Shown in pieces: positions 1 through 9,242 of a stretch of DNA of 53,970 nt (position 1 is its first letter; each line of letters starts with the position of its first letter). Origin of the DNA: a virus. Lineage: Duplodnaviria; Caudoviricetes. The position numbers and the translations under genes were made by a program. Location of the stretch: positions 1 through 53,970 of the IMG/VR virus record IMGVR_UViG_3300023171_000016. One strand, written 5' to 3'. The notes under the pieces are model-generated. The model worked only from the letters and a program-made list of their open reading frames with translations. It searched no databases and was not told the origin of the DNA.

Positions 1-126
1 AGTGGTTAGTAAATAGGTACTCGAATTTAGTTGCAGATACGGCTACCAAGGTTACAGCGGCCCAAAAATGGCGTTCGTGCCAGTCGCTACTAAACCCCAA
101 ATGCACAGCCCCTAAATAAGCCTTTG
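1..126. repeat. Terminal direct repeat (left copy); circular/assembly overlap
   Basis: 1-126 is identical to 53840-53965. Confidence 0.95.
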
Positions 127-217
127 CCATCGTTACCGTTAGTTCCTGTGAGCCGTATTCGTGGCGGTATAGTATGTTGTAGAGCGTTTCGAGTGTTCGG
201 CGGTTGGTGGTTAGCAT
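1..217 (-). CDS. 5' part of a ~104-aa hypothetical protein spanning the circular junction (continues to 53742)
   Basis: ATG at 217 (MLTTNRRTLETLYN...) is in frame with the 53742..53945 ORF through the repeat. Confidence 0.75.
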   Translation of the reverse strand, partial: MLTTNRRTLETLYNILYRHEYGSQELTVTMAKAYLGAVHLGFSSDWHERHFWAAVTLVAVSATKFEYLFTNH

Positions 218-220
218 GGC

Positions 221-451
221 TTAGAAGTTTTCAGGAAATGATTTAAGTGTTAGTATTGGTTTTTCGTCAGCAGTAATTGTGACTTCATTTTCATTTCCAT
301 GCACCCGAATGTATGAAGCAATGGCACTAAAGAAATCGTGTAACGGGACCTCTGTTTTGTCCAACATTATGCTTTCGTTTTTAGGGCTTGTTCGGGCAAT
401 ATATATTTTACCTGTAAGTGGGCTGCCGTATAGCCTGTAGTTCTTGCTCAT
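221..451 (-). CDS. hypothetical protein
   Basis: 76-aa ORF coupled to its neighbours. Confidence 0.7.
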   Translation of the reverse strand: MSKNYRLYGSPLTGKIYIARTSPKNESIMLDKTEVPLHDFFSAIASYIRVHGNENEVTITADEKPILTLKSFPENF

Positions 452-672
452 TGTAACTGTTTTAAAATGTTATCGTATCGGGTTTTCATAAAGTCGGCTA
501 ATTCTTCATAGCGTACGGCCGTTTTCTTATAATGCACATTAATGGTGCCATCTGCGTAATTGAGTGCACTGTATTGTTTCGCTGAATCGGTGCGATACCT
601 GCACTGCCGTATCATTCTCAGGTATCCTATAGCTCGTTCGTGCTGCTTGATTCGCTGGTTTGTGGTTAGCAT
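448..672 (-). CDS. hypothetical protein
   Basis: 74-aa ORF, 4-bp overlap with the next gene. Confidence 0.7.
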   Translation of the reverse strand: MLTTNQRIKQHERAIGYLRMIRQCRYRTDSAKQYSALNYADGTINVHYKKTAVRYEELADFMKTRYDNILKQLQ

Positions 673-683
673 GTTATGTTTTT

Positions 684-1019
684 TTACTGCATTAACGATA
701 AATTTCTTTCCCTTGCATCATTTTCAGCGGTGCCGTCATTGCTGCCTTTGCTGTAGAAGCCGGTGCCCGTTATGCGGCTGGCGGTGTGCGCCGCTACCAG
801 ACTGTCCAGCTCCGCAATAGCCCTATTCAACGCCTCACGGCTTACCGGATATTTACCGAATGCGTTAGGGGATAGTGTTAGTACCATGTGTTCAGCAAGT
901 TCAATTCTACCCTGAGGTGTCATGTTCGCTTTAAGGCTGTCCGCATACTCCGTTAGTAGCTTAGTCTGCGCCTCTGTTGTAGCTGTGAGGTCTGCGTATA
1001 GTTGTTCTAGTGATTGCAT
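684..1019 (-). CDS. hypothetical protein
   Basis: 111-aa ORF in the leftward operon. Confidence 0.7.
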   Translation of the reverse strand: MQSLEQLYADLTATTEAQTKLLTEYADSLKANMTPQGRIELAEHMVLTLSPNAFGKYPVSREALNRAIAELDSLVAAHTASRITGTGFYSKGSNDGTAENDARERNLSLMQ

Positions 1020-1032
1020 GTTGGGTGGTGAG

Positions 1033-1227
1033 TTAAAGTGAATATGAATAAGTAACCATTATTTGGGTGAACTGTCGATCAATAACCATCTGTATGTTAA
1101 CCACAGTAAAGGACACATTGCCGTCTGTTTTTGATTTTGTCCTTTCTGTTTCTGTCTTTATAAAGTCGTTAACCGACCGCTCCACATCTTCCAATAATTC
1201 CTGAGCAAATATTTTTATCCGTGTCAT
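1033..1227 (-). CDS. small hypothetical protein (start moved to MTRIKIF)
   Basis: The ATG at 1227 lies downstream of the promoter at 1270-1277. Confidence 0.6.
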   Translation of the reverse strand: MTRIKIFAQELLEDVERSVNDFIKTETERTKSKTDGNVSFTVVNIQMVIDRQFTQIMVTYSYSL

Positions 1228-1269
1228 ATCCCTGAATGTTTTCCTCGCCCCGTCATTGGTTTGATAAGG

Positions 1270-1277
1270 CAAAGGTA
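1270..1277 (-). promoter_or_regulatory. Bacteroidota -7 promoter element (leftward early promoter)
   Basis: TACCTTTG on the minus strand in the divergent AT-rich gap. Confidence 0.65.
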
Positions 1278-1330
1278 ATGCTAATTCTGATACTTGCAAC
1301 TTTATTTTAGAAAAAAATAAAAATAAATTA

Positions 1331-1362
1331 TTTGCGCGGTAAAATATAAACACCTATATTTG
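1331..1362 (+). promoter_or_regulatory. Bacteroidota -33/-7 promoter (rightward early promoter)
   Basis: TTTG(1331-1334)-N20-TATATTTG(1355-1362). Confidence 0.75.
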
Positions 1363-1381
1363 CAGAAACAAACCAACAAAA

Positions 1382-1585
1382 ATGAAAAAAGCATTCAAGG
1401 TATTTTATTTCAGGGACAAAATGACGGATAAGCCTACAGTAAAGGCTTTCAGCGATTTGGTGGCACTAAAAGAAAACAGTGAAGTAACCAAGGCGCAAGT
1501 GAGTAGCCTCATTTCGGCAATGGAGCATGAAACAAAGGAAACAAAAAAGAAGCTCGAAACATACAGGGCTAAATTGAGCAAGTAA
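1382..1585 (+). CDS. small basic protein, first gene of the rightward operon (possible regulator)
   Basis: 67 aa, A-rich leader, directly after the promoter; the function is inferred from position only. Confidence 0.65.
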   Translation: MKKAFKVFYFRDKMTDKPTVKAFSDLVALKENSEVTKAQVSSLISAMEHETKETKKKLETYRAKLSK

Positions 1586-1619
1586 CCCCATTCCTCACCC
1601 GCGAAAAAGCAAAGATAAA

Positions 1620-1820
1620 ATGAGCACAGAAAACGAAGTAAAGCAGACGGTAGACCGCGCTATATCTGAGATAACAGACACTATCAGGCAGATAAAGCCT
1701 GATGTTTCGGAAAGAGAAATATGGATTGTGCAGTCACAAATAAGGAGCCTATGCCAGAGCGTGATTTTAGACATAGGCAATGCAACTATTTCACTAACCA
1801 ATGCAACCAAGAGCATATGA
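1620..1820 (+). CDS. hypothetical protein
   Basis: ORF in the coupled operon. Confidence 0.65.
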   Translation: MSTENEVKQTVDRAISEITDTIRQIKPDVSEREIWIVQSQIRSLCQSVILDIGNATISLTNATKSI

Positions 1821-1990
1821 CCCCCAAAGAAAAAGTACTACAGGTGTGGCCGGATGCGGTAGCACAGAAGCGCGGTGTATTGTTTTACATACAGGACGGT
1901 CGGGACGGTGACGCAATAGGATTTTCCTTACAGTCCTTTGAATTAGCATGGCAGGACGCATTAAATCAACTTAAACAACAAACCACATGA
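1817..1990 (+). CDS. hypothetical protein (MTPKEKVLQVWPDA...)
   Basis: ATGA overlaps at both ends. Confidence 0.65.
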   Translation: MTPKEKVLQVWPDAVAQKRGVLFYIQDGRDGDAIGFSLQSFELAWQDALNQLKQQTT

Positions 1991-2217
1991 GAAACAAAGC
2001 AATGATGGGAGCGTTACTAATGGTTCCCGAAATGTTGATAGGTAATAGCCTTATGCAGACAGGCCCAACACCCATCAACCCCGCCGACATAGACGTGAGC
2101 GGCAGTAGTCCGAACGTGGTCAAGCTACACCCCTTCACAATCCACGACAAGACAATTCTTGCACCCGATAAAAAGGCTGCGAAGAAAATTTATAACAGGG
2201 AAAATAACAGAAAATGA
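1987..2217 (+). CDS. hypothetical protein
   Basis: Coupled ORF. Confidence 0.65.
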   Translation: MRNKAMMGALLMVPEMLIGNSLMQTGPTPINPADIDVSGSSPNVVKLHPFTIHDKTILAPDKKAAKKIYNRENNRK

Positions 2218-2546
2218 GAACATGTAAATGGTGCGGCGGGGTACTGGGCCGAGACTGCTATAATGAATACGACTGCGGGGCCGTTACTCAGTCCACGCAA
2301 CAGCAGCAGCAACAAGATCCGCCGATAAGGTGGATAAAGTCAAGTGAGCAGAACCCGCCTTTTGATATGCAAGTGCTTTGTTACTGCAAGATTTACGGCA
2401 GATACATTGGCAGTTACATTCAGGTGATAGGTGTGTATGGGAACTGGAGCAATGGTAAAGAAATGGGAATTCTACCGCCAATATACTGGATGCCTTTACC
2501 GCCAGCACCTAATGAAGAAATAGACTTAGATGATTTACCATTTTAA
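2214..2546 (+). CDS. DUF551-like protein with N-terminal Cys motif and acidic DDLPF tail
   Basis: WIKSSEQNPP...YWMPLPPAP motif. Confidence 0.7.
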   Translation: MRTCKWCGGVLGRDCYNEYDCGAVTQSTQQQQQQDPPIRWIKSSEQNPPFDMQVLCYCKIYGRYIGSYIQVIGVYGNWSNGKEMGILPPIYWMPLPPAPNEEIDLDDLPF

Positions 2547-2564
2547 AAACCACAAACTAAGCAA

Positions 2565-2978
2565 ATGACCACAGAGCAACTACTACAGCCAAGGTACGAG
2601 GTGATAGAGGATTACCCGAATAGCCCGTTTACCGTAGGGCAGATAATAGATTTTTCCGAGGCTCCAATGTTTCTGTCAGGGAACGTTACGGGCAACAAAA
2701 TGCAGGGAACGGATTTCTACGACAAATACCCCCACCTTTTCCGCCACCTTAAATGGCACGAACGGCGTAAGGCTGAGGAAATGCCCTTGTACCTGAAATG
2801 CACAGACGTGGAAGATATTAAAGATGGGGAAATAGTAAAAGTAGACAGGTGGGATTTCACAGAAAACGAGGTTTATCTTGACCACGATTATGTTTGCTCC
2901 CTGTACTTAGGCTACGACCTCGGCATAGAACCCGCCACCGAAACAGAATATCTCACATACTTAAATTCACAGAAATGA
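2565..2978 (+). CDS. hypothetical protein
   Basis: 137-aa ORF. Confidence 0.75.
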   Translation: MTTEQLLQPRYEVIEDYPNSPFTVGQIIDFSEAPMFLSGNVTGNKMQGTDFYDKYPHLFRHLKWHERRKAEEMPLYLKCTDVEDIKDGEIVKVDRWDFTENEVYLDHDYVCSLYLGYDLGIEPATETEYLTYLNSQK

Positions 2979-3160
2979 TACTGAAAAGAATAGCCATAAT
3001 AGCAGAATTATCGGACGGCACATATAGGCAGGTAGCCGCCAAAGAAGAAGAACTGACGGTCATTATGCACACGCTGAATGCACTACATGACGGCACCGTT
3101 AAAATCATGCCTACTACACTATCTATAACATTTGAAAAACCTTACCCATGCACAAAATAA
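2975..3160 (+). CDS. hypothetical protein (MILKRIAII...)
   Basis: ATGA coupling with the upstream gene. Confidence 0.6.
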   Translation: MILKRIAIIAELSDGTYRQVAAKEEELTVIMHTLNALHDGTVKIMPTTLSITFEKPYPCTK

Positions 3161-3510
3161 CAACAGGCAACGGCGATTTTCTATTTGTGGGGGTGCCGGA
3201 AGATGTGAAGCCGGAAACCATCAACACACGCACTACAGGCTACCTGCATTACAGGACAGAATCGTGTTCGTCTACCTGGTCACATGTAACACTCCCGCCC
3301 GGCTCATACCCCCTCATAGCCGACACCGCTACGATAACAGAGGAACAGGCGGGAATGATAGTTGAATTAGAAACGGGCATTATGTGCGCATGGTACACTG
3401 ACTACGATAATGGGCCTGTTGGATTTTTCGGCTATGCACTTGAATCCTTCGCCTCCCTCCTTCGCTCCAATCAACTCACTGGCAGATATGCCATTTTAAA
3501 AATCACATAA
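3148..3510 (+). CDS. hypothetical protein
   Basis: 120-aa ORF. Confidence 0.7.
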   Translation: MHKITTGNGDFLFVGVPEDVKPETINTRTTGYLHYRTESCSSTWSHVTLPPGSYPLIADTATITEEQAGMIVELETGIMCAWYTDYDNGPVGFFGYALESFASLLRSNQLTGRYAILKIT

Positions 3511-3779
3511 TGAAAAAGAGAAGATACAAGATAGAATACAAATCGAATTGGGTAAGCGCAAAAGACAGAATGCCGGAAAACTCAGGGCATTACCTATGCT
3601 TCACGAATGACGAACTGATTATAACATGCTTTGTCGCTGTTAATGGCTGGTGGTCAATTGTGCCGGGTGCCGAGGCTTATGGGGATATGGGCAAGCGAAT
3701 AGTTATTGACAGCAAATTTACTGAACGAGAAGTAACACATTGGCAACCATTGCCGCCACCACCAAAACACACCACATGA
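3510..3779 (+). CDS. DUF551-like protein
   Basis: WVSAKDRMPE...VTHWQPLPPPP motif. Confidence 0.75.
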   Translation: MKKRRYKIEYKSNWVSAKDRMPENSGHYLCFTNDELIITCFVAVNGWWSIVPGAEAYGDMGKRIVIDSKFTEREVTHWQPLPPPPKHTT

Positions 3780-4111
3780 CCTACAACGAAAGACTACACC
3801 AGCTGGCCGAGAAAATGGCGGCCGCTGAGCATAACGCCGAATTTGAAAAGGGCAAGTACACCTCCGACCATGCCACATGGAAAGAATTAGCGATTAAGGA
3901 AGGGCTTGTAAGCATAGTAGAAAACGAATACAAATACTATCTGCCCGTTGCCCGTCTTGCTCTGGCTGAAATGGCGGATGCTGTACGTAAGCTGTTTGAA
4001 AAGAACCACACAGACAGTGACGGGGACTACAACACGTTCTATGAGCCTGAATTACAGCATTATTTACAATCACACGGACTTGTGCCGGGTAAAAACGAAA
4101 CAAATGAGTAG
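3776..4111 (+). CDS. hypothetical protein (MTYNERL...)
   Basis: ATGA coupling. Confidence 0.7.
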   Translation: MTYNERLHQLAEKMAAAEHNAEFEKGKYTSDHATWKELAIKEGLVSIVENEYKYYLPVARLALAEMADAVRKLFEKNHTDSDGDYNTFYEPELQHYLQSHGLVPGKNETNE

Positions 4112-4261
4112 AAAACATCGTAAAAACTGCAAGAAACACCTAATGCGCCCCGTGGAATACAGACATTGCTACGTAAGCGTTTACAGCCGCAAAACCTACG
4201 AAATGCTGTATGATAAGGACTGGAATTATCACCCATTTTAATCACACTTAAAAAACCAAAA

Positions 4262-4747
4262 ATGAATAACGAATTGAGAATGGCGGCGTTTGGGGCGTAC
4301 CCGAATGCAACCGCAATAGGACAGGATGAGCGTAACCCGCATTTCCCTGCCGATACAGGCAAGATAGTAGAGCTGGCAGCCTACAAAGCCACTATAGACA
4401 ACAATGGCGAATACTACGAGTTTATACCGGATGAGGTGAAGCTCCTACTTACGCCTTTGTCCCGCATAACGGATGAGCATGCGATTGAGGTGGCGAAGCT
4501 GGCGGATATATCGGAGGCAGAAAGAAAATATCGGCATGGCTGGAACGATTACGATAATTACGAAAGGATAGGCAAGGAAATCGCACAAGACCTGATTGAA
4601 GATTATGGCGACCCTTGCAAGGTAGGCGCAAAAAATGCTGTCGCAATTGTCGACTACCTACGCTCCAAAAGTTACCTGCTCCCATTTCGAGGCGTAGACC
4701 TCATAGCGGCTGGTATAGCTGTTGAAAAGGGGGTGGGTGATGAGTGA
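4262..4747 (+). CDS. hypothetical protein, YopX-like
   Basis: KLLLTPLSRIT...DYLRSK..LPF pattern. Confidence 0.6.
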   Translation: MNNELRMAAFGAYPNATAIGQDERNPHFPADTGKIVELAAYKATIDNNGEYYEFIPDEVKLLLTPLSRITDEHAIEVAKLADISEAERKYRHGWNDYDNYERIGKEIAQDLIEDYGDPCKVGAKNAVAIVDYLRSKSYLLPFRGVDLIAAGIAVEKGVGDE

Positions 4748-5036
4748 GCAACTACTTTCCGCAGCCGAGGTCTACGCAGACTACAGCGTTTTTGACCTTA
4801 ACGGACACCTGTTTTCTAACAACAATGACGAGGCGGCTAATGCTATTAAATGCAGCACAGAATCATTCACCGCTGGCGCACAGTGGGCTGACCCGATAGG
4901 GTTTGCGGAATGGCTACTTACGCCTGATTGCAGGGCATACAGGGAGCTTGGGACATTCAATTGGACCATGGTTGACACCGGGGAAAATGTATCGACACAA
5001 CAACTATTCACAATCTTCAAAAAACAGCAGCAATGA
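4740..5036 (+). CDS. hypothetical protein
   Basis: FTAGAQWA motif, typical of phage early proteins. Confidence 0.65.
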   Translation: MSEQLLSAAEVYADYSVFDLNGHLFSNNNDEAANAIKCSTESFTAGAQWADPIGFAEWLLTPDCRAYRELGTFNWTMVDTGENVSTQQLFTIFKKQQQ

Positions 5037-5386
5037 GTAAAGTACTAACCGCCACGCTAAAAAAGCAGTGGTACGATATGACCTTGAGCGGGGTTAAAAA
5101 AGAGGAGTACAGGGAGATAAAGCCGTATTGGATAAGGCGGCTGGTTAGGACATCGTGGCTAGAGCAAACACCGGAAGGCGAATGGACTATTGACCCAGCG
5201 GAATACGAAGACATAGCGTTTATTCCCTTCACACACACCCATTTCACCAACGGCTACGGGAAACACCGCCCTTCAATGCTTATAGAATGCAAGGGCATAC
5301 GAATAGGCATCGGCAGACCGGAATGGGGCGCACCCGATTACCCTGTATTCATTATTGAGCATGGGGGTATTATAACAACCAACTAA
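5033..5386 (+). CDS. ASCH/PUA-like domain protein
   Basis: LKKQWYDMTLSGVKKEEYREIKPYW...FTNGYG motif. Confidence 0.8.
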   Translation: MSKVLTATLKKQWYDMTLSGVKKEEYREIKPYWIRRLVRTSWLEQTPEGEWTIDPAEYEDIAFIPFTHTHFTNGYGKHRPSMLIECKGIRIGIGRPEWGAPDYPVFIIEHGGIITTN

Positions 5387-5424
5387 TTTTTAACCAGTGC
5401 AAATGCACTAAAATTGATAGAAAA

Positions 5425-5847
5425 ATGTCATTCGAAATAAACACCGAAGAAAAGACAATAACAGTACTGAAAGACTGTTCAACTTGCCAGCACCTAAAAG
5501 TATGCAGGTTTCACAAGGAGATAAGTGACGTAACAAAAACCAATGACTTTTATTCAATAGTAACCTATGCTGAATGGAATAACGCATTGGCTGTTTTTGA
5601 AAAACACGCATCATGTAGCCACTTCTTGTATAAATATAATGTAGGCCAAACAGTTTCGCTCGAATCTGCACCTGAAATAATAGAGAAAGTAATCAGGCTG
5701 ATGGGCGCATATTCATGGAGTTCTGACTTTAAAAAGAACAATTCGTGTTCCGTCAAAAACGTATTGGGAGACAAATTAGACGCCAAAGTAAGCGACTTAC
5801 TGGAAAACTCAAAATATTTTATAGCCGATAAAATTAAATCTAGATAA
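5425..5847 (+). CDS. hypothetical protein with CxxCxHxxxC motif
   Basis: 140-aa ORF. Confidence 0.65.
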   Translation: MSFEINTEEKTITVLKDCSTCQHLKVCRFHKEISDVTKTNDFYSIVTYAEWNNALAVFEKHASCSHFLYKYNVGQTVSLESAPEIIEKVIRLMGAYSWSSDFKKNNSCSVKNVLGDKLDAKVSDLLENSKYFIADKIKSR

Positions 5848-5848
5848 T

Positions 5849-6379
5849 ATGCCTAAATCATACGTAATACTCACCCCCGGCGCAAGTGCTGTGGTTAGTT
5901 TGGTGAAGCCGCAGCCGGTACGCACAGGGTTGCTAAGGAATGTACAGATGATGTCGTACAATGGAAAGCAGGTATATGCTTCTGAACTAACTAAGTTTGC
6001 CCCCTACGCCATCGGCCAGCGAGTGGCGGCGAAGGAAAAGTGGGGCGAAGTATACGAGATTGTTGAAGGGAAAAGAATACACGTTGCCTATATCTATGAT
6101 TCAGACAAAGGGAATGAACAGTATTCCGAGTATCATTTTGATGATTACCGTTCCCCCGTCACCATGCCGCTATCAGCCGTGCGCAGGTGGTTGGTTGTTG
6201 AGAGCGTGGAGTGTTTGAGGGTGAAGGATGTGACGAATTTTGTCGAATTAGGGGTATCAGGCAACGACAGAGAGGAAATGTTTACCAATTTCCCCGCGAC
6301 CATCATAAAGAAACACGGCCCCGCCGCATGGGACGACAACGCATATATTTTTCTAACCACTTTTAAGGATGAACAATGA
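5849..6379 (+). CDS. hypothetical phage protein (ASCH-related family)
   Basis: PY.IGQR...KE.W and SPVTMP...R.WL.V..V...RV.D patterns. Confidence 0.6.
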   Translation: MPKSYVILTPGASAVVSLVKPQPVRTGLLRNVQMMSYNGKQVYASELTKFAPYAIGQRVAAKEKWGEVYEIVEGKRIHVAYIYDSDKGNEQYSEYHFDDYRSPVTMPLSAVRRWLVVESVECLRVKDVTNFVELGVSGNDREEMFTNFPATIIKKHGPAAWDDNAYIFLTTFKDEQ

Positions 6380-6765
6380 CAAAGAAAACACGGCAACAGG
6401 TACACGATAAGTTTGGCGGCAGGTGCGCTTATTGCGGGTGTGAGCTAACCAAAGGTTGGCATGTAGACCACGTGCTGCCGATAAACAGAGTGTTGAAAAG
6501 GTCAGATAAGGGACTATACACAGATAGTGAATGCGAACACCCTGAACGCAACACAGAGGATAATTATTACCCCTCATGCGCTTCGTGCAACATGATGAAG
6601 ACAAATGCGCCGATAGAGCATTTCAGAGGCGTAATAGCGGCCTTCATGCAAAGCCTCAACAAGTATAGCCCGCAATACAGGTTCGCAAAGAGATACGGGC
6701 TTATTGAGGAAACGGCAAAACCTGTGGTATTCTATTTTGAAACGTATAAAACCGAGCAGCAATGA
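6376..6765 (+). CDS. HNH endonuclease
   Basis: GRCAYCG...WHVDHVLP...N..PSCASCNMMK. Confidence 0.9.
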   Translation: MTKKTRQQVHDKFGGRCAYCGCELTKGWHVDHVLPINRVLKRSDKGLYTDSECEHPERNTEDNYYPSCASCNMMKTNAPIEHFRGVIAAFMQSLNKYSPQYRFAKRYGLIEETAKPVVFYFETYKTEQQ

Positions 6766-6909
6766 GCATAGACCAGCAGATAGCAATTATTGAATCGCTC
6801 ATACACAAACAGGCGTGCGATATAATGTATGGCGGATTGAAGCACGCAGACCATTTCGAGTTGATTTTGAAACGGAGGAAATTATTGATAACTAAACAAA
6901 CCACACAAG

Positions 6910-7296
6910 ATGAAAAGAGTTAACAAAGAAACGGCCGTAGGGCTGAAAGAGGTGGGGTACGATGTGCCGTGTAAGCCGCATTATTATGGGCCTGAATGTA
7001 AGGCGTACTATAAGGTAGTATCATCCGTGAATCACAACAAATTCCCTTTGTGCGTTTCTGCCCCCGACCTGAATGAAGCCGCTGAATGGTTACGTGACGT
7101 GAAGGGCTTGCACATATCCGCACAACCGGACATCAACTACCTGCCTAAAAAATGGGTCTATGAGCTGTTTATGCTGAACGGCACAGAATGGAGTTTAGGC
7201 GATAGCCATAGCACATACGACACCCACGACATAGCCCTTGCCGCTGGAATTTCCCGTGCGGTTGACATTTTAAAAGAGCGCACCAATGGCAAATAA
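6910..7296 (+). CDS. hypothetical protein
   Basis: SAP.L.EAAEWLRDVKGLHI motif typical of Bacteroidota phage early genes. Confidence 0.7.
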   Translation: MKRVNKETAVGLKEVGYDVPCKPHYYGPECKAYYKVVSSVNHNKFPLCVSAPDLNEAAEWLRDVKGLHISAQPDINYLPKKWVYELFMLNGTEWSLGDSHSTYDTHDIALAAGISRAVDILKERTNGK

Positions 7297-7594
7297 ATGG
7301 ATAATTACTAACGGGCAGTTTCGCATGGCATCTGCTATTGACTTTCACAGAGAGTTGGCAGACGACATTAAGACCGTAATAGGCGGTGGATGGTGGCACT
7401 TAGTTCATGCCGAAAAGAAACTATACCTATACGGCACATCCGACGAGTTTGGCCCATGTAGCGAGGAGCAAGTAAGGCAGTCCATTGAGCAGTATATGTC
7501 GCCAAGGCTACTTGGCTATAAGGTATATCTATCAAGCGGACTAACCGTATCCGATGCGGTTTTTAAAGGGTCCTTTATAGGAGAAATAATGTAA
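7286..7594 (+). CDS. hypothetical protein
   Basis: 102-aa ORF with GGGWW and LYG.S.EFG motifs. Confidence 0.7.
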   Translation: MANKWIITNGQFRMASAIDFHRELADDIKTVIGGGWWHLVHAEKKLYLYGTSDEFGPCSEEQVRQSIEQYMSPRLLGYKVYLSSGLTVSDAVFKGSFIGEIM

Positions 7595-7653
7595 TTCACT
7601 CACCGGCACCTATGTTGCCATAACCACCTGCGATAAGGCGCAGTAATAATAAG

Positions 7654-7935
7654 ATGAAAAACAGATACGAAAGCAGCGAAGTTTTTACGGCATACGCCAC
7701 AATGGATGCGGGTTATTATATGCTACAGCAGTTGTTATTGAAGCTGAATAAGCCACGAAGCCCGATTGAATCTGCCGTAGATAAAGCATGCGGATATAAC
7801 GAAAACATTGAGATTGCAAAGGAGGCAATTGTTATCCTAAAAGACATAATAGAAGCAAAGGCTATCGCCGAGGTTGACGATACTGGCGACGTTCAGATGC
7901 TCAACAATTTACAGAATTTCATCACTAACAACTAA
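7654..7935 (+). CDS. hypothetical protein
   Basis: 93-aa ORF. Confidence 0.7.
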   Translation: MKNRYESSEVFTAYATMDAGYYMLQQLLLKLNKPRSPIESAVDKACGYNENIEIAKEAIVILKDIIEAKAIAEVDDTGDVQMLNNLQNFITNN

Positions 7936-7958
7936 ACAACCGCTGGAGGCGGGGGATT

Positions 7959-8243
7959 ATGAAAAAGGGAATATACAGACTATGTTTTTCGGCAGGCAGG
8001 AGCGGACACCTGCACGGAATATTTATAGCAACTAAAACAGCCGTTGACGACCTTGTTAAGTCTGAAAATGTAATACATTTTGGCGAAGTATTGGGCAAGC
8101 ACTCTGAGGTTTACGGCCCTATAGACAAAGGAGAAATAACGCTTGTTACCAATGACAAAACCGCCGTAGATGCGTTTAGTAAGTTCAAAATGGAAACAGG
8201 GTATAATCCATTCAACTACTTACATCAGGACGAAGACGAGTAA
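7959..8243 (+). CDS. hypothetical protein
   Basis: FGEVLGKHSEVYG...GYNPF motif. Confidence 0.7.
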   Translation: MKKGIYRLCFSAGRSGHLHGIFIATKTAVDDLVKSENVIHFGEVLGKHSEVYGPIDKGEITLVTNDKTAVDAFSKFKMETGYNPFNYLHQDEDE

Positions 8244-8293
8244 CTAACCCCACGGGTGCCGCAAATCGTGGCACCTGTTTAAAAACAAAACTT

Positions 8294-8506
8294 ATGACAC
8301 AGGAACAAGCAATTGAAGCCGTTGAAGATGCAGACATAAGTACATCCGGCTGGCTCGATGTAATAATTGAGCAGATAAGCGACAAGTACGCACAGGGTTA
8401 TTTGACCTGTTTTCTCGAAAACTTATCCGGCAGATTATCGGCAACTTACGAAGAATATAGAGAAGAAGTTTTAGAAGCACTTGAATATGATATTTGGGGT
8501 AAGTAA
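8294..8506 (+). CDS. acidic hypothetical protein
   Basis: 70 aa, A-rich leader. Confidence 0.65.
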   Translation: MTQEQAIEAVEDADISTSGWLDVIIEQISDKYAQGYLTCFLENLSGRLSATYEEYREEVLEALEYDIWGK

Positions 8507-8509
8507 CAG

Positions 8510-8530
8510 ACGGGGCCGAAATGGCCCCGT
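8510..8530. terminator. Terminator hairpin between the convergent arms
   Basis: ACGGGGCC-gaaat-GGCCCCGT between stop codons at 8506 and 8535. Confidence 0.75.
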
Positions 8531-8534
8531 TCCT

Positions 8535-9041
8535 TTACCCTATAAACCCCACTAATTTCGGGTCGTCTAACCTTCGTGTACGTCTGCATACCATGCCGCC
8601 GGTACGGCTCCCGTTCGCATCGGTATTGCCTTCTATTGTCACCATTACGCCACCATCTACAGATACTACTATGCCGGTATGGCCTAATCCTTTGCCATAA
8701 TCCATAATGAATATGTAGCCCGGTAAAATAGTGGCGTTTTTAGGCTTACGCATGTGTTGTGGAGCATTACGCCATCCGTTCAATACGCCGCCTGTTTTGT
8801 GCAAAGGATTGGCTACATGGAGGATTTCGGCAGCTTCATTGAAGCATCGGTAAACAAAGGCCATACACCAAGCATTATTTTTGCCAAGTCCCACCGTTTT
8901 CAGGCATGCTTCGACAAACGGCCCGGCATTGCTACCCGCTGGAATTTCCTTTTTGCCGATGTATGTTGTAGCTATCTGTAGTGCCGTTTCTGCCAGCGAT
9001 AACGGCAGGGTTACGGATTGATTTTGTGTTTCTGTGTTCAT
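8535..9041 (-). CDS. CHAP-domain endolysin
   Basis: AWCMAFV...GHTGIV...TIEGNT catalytic Cys/His motifs. Confidence 0.85.
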   Translation of the reverse strand: MNTETQNQSVTLPLSLAETALQIATTYIGKKEIPAGSNAGPFVEACLKTVGLGKNNAWCMAFVYRCFNEAAEILHVANPLHKTGGVLNGWRNAPQHMRKPKNATILPGYIFIMDYGKGLGHTGIVVSVDGGVMVTIEGNTDANGSRTGGMVCRRTRRLDDPKLVGFIG

Positions 9042-9118
9042 GGTGTATATTTGTGGCTACTTTCCGTGTTCTTATTACCTACACCCCGTAATCCCCATAC
9101 TTGCGGGGTGTATTATTT
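9023..9118 (+). ncRNA. Putative antisense small RNA with its own promoter and terminator hairpin
   Basis: TTTG-N19-TATATTTG (9023-9053); 12-bp hairpin 9080-9112 followed by a T-rich tail; no ORF. Confidence 0.5.
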
Positions 9119-9242
9119 AATATAATATCCACGCAAAAGTTGTACATAATTTTAGGGCAAAAGTTGTAGATTAAATCAGGCGGGATTTCTACCCGCAGCC
9201 CCGTCTTTGCCGGACGGTATATTTAGCTTTTCTACGACTGAT

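Noticed and set aside
1-126. Terminal repeat as a biological DTR
   Set aside because: It falls inside an ORF, its length resembles an assembler k-mer overlap, and the last 5 bases diverge. It indicates circularity only.
2305-2314. Poly-Gln CAG/CAA run
   Set aside because: Short low-complexity linker with no evidence of phase variation.
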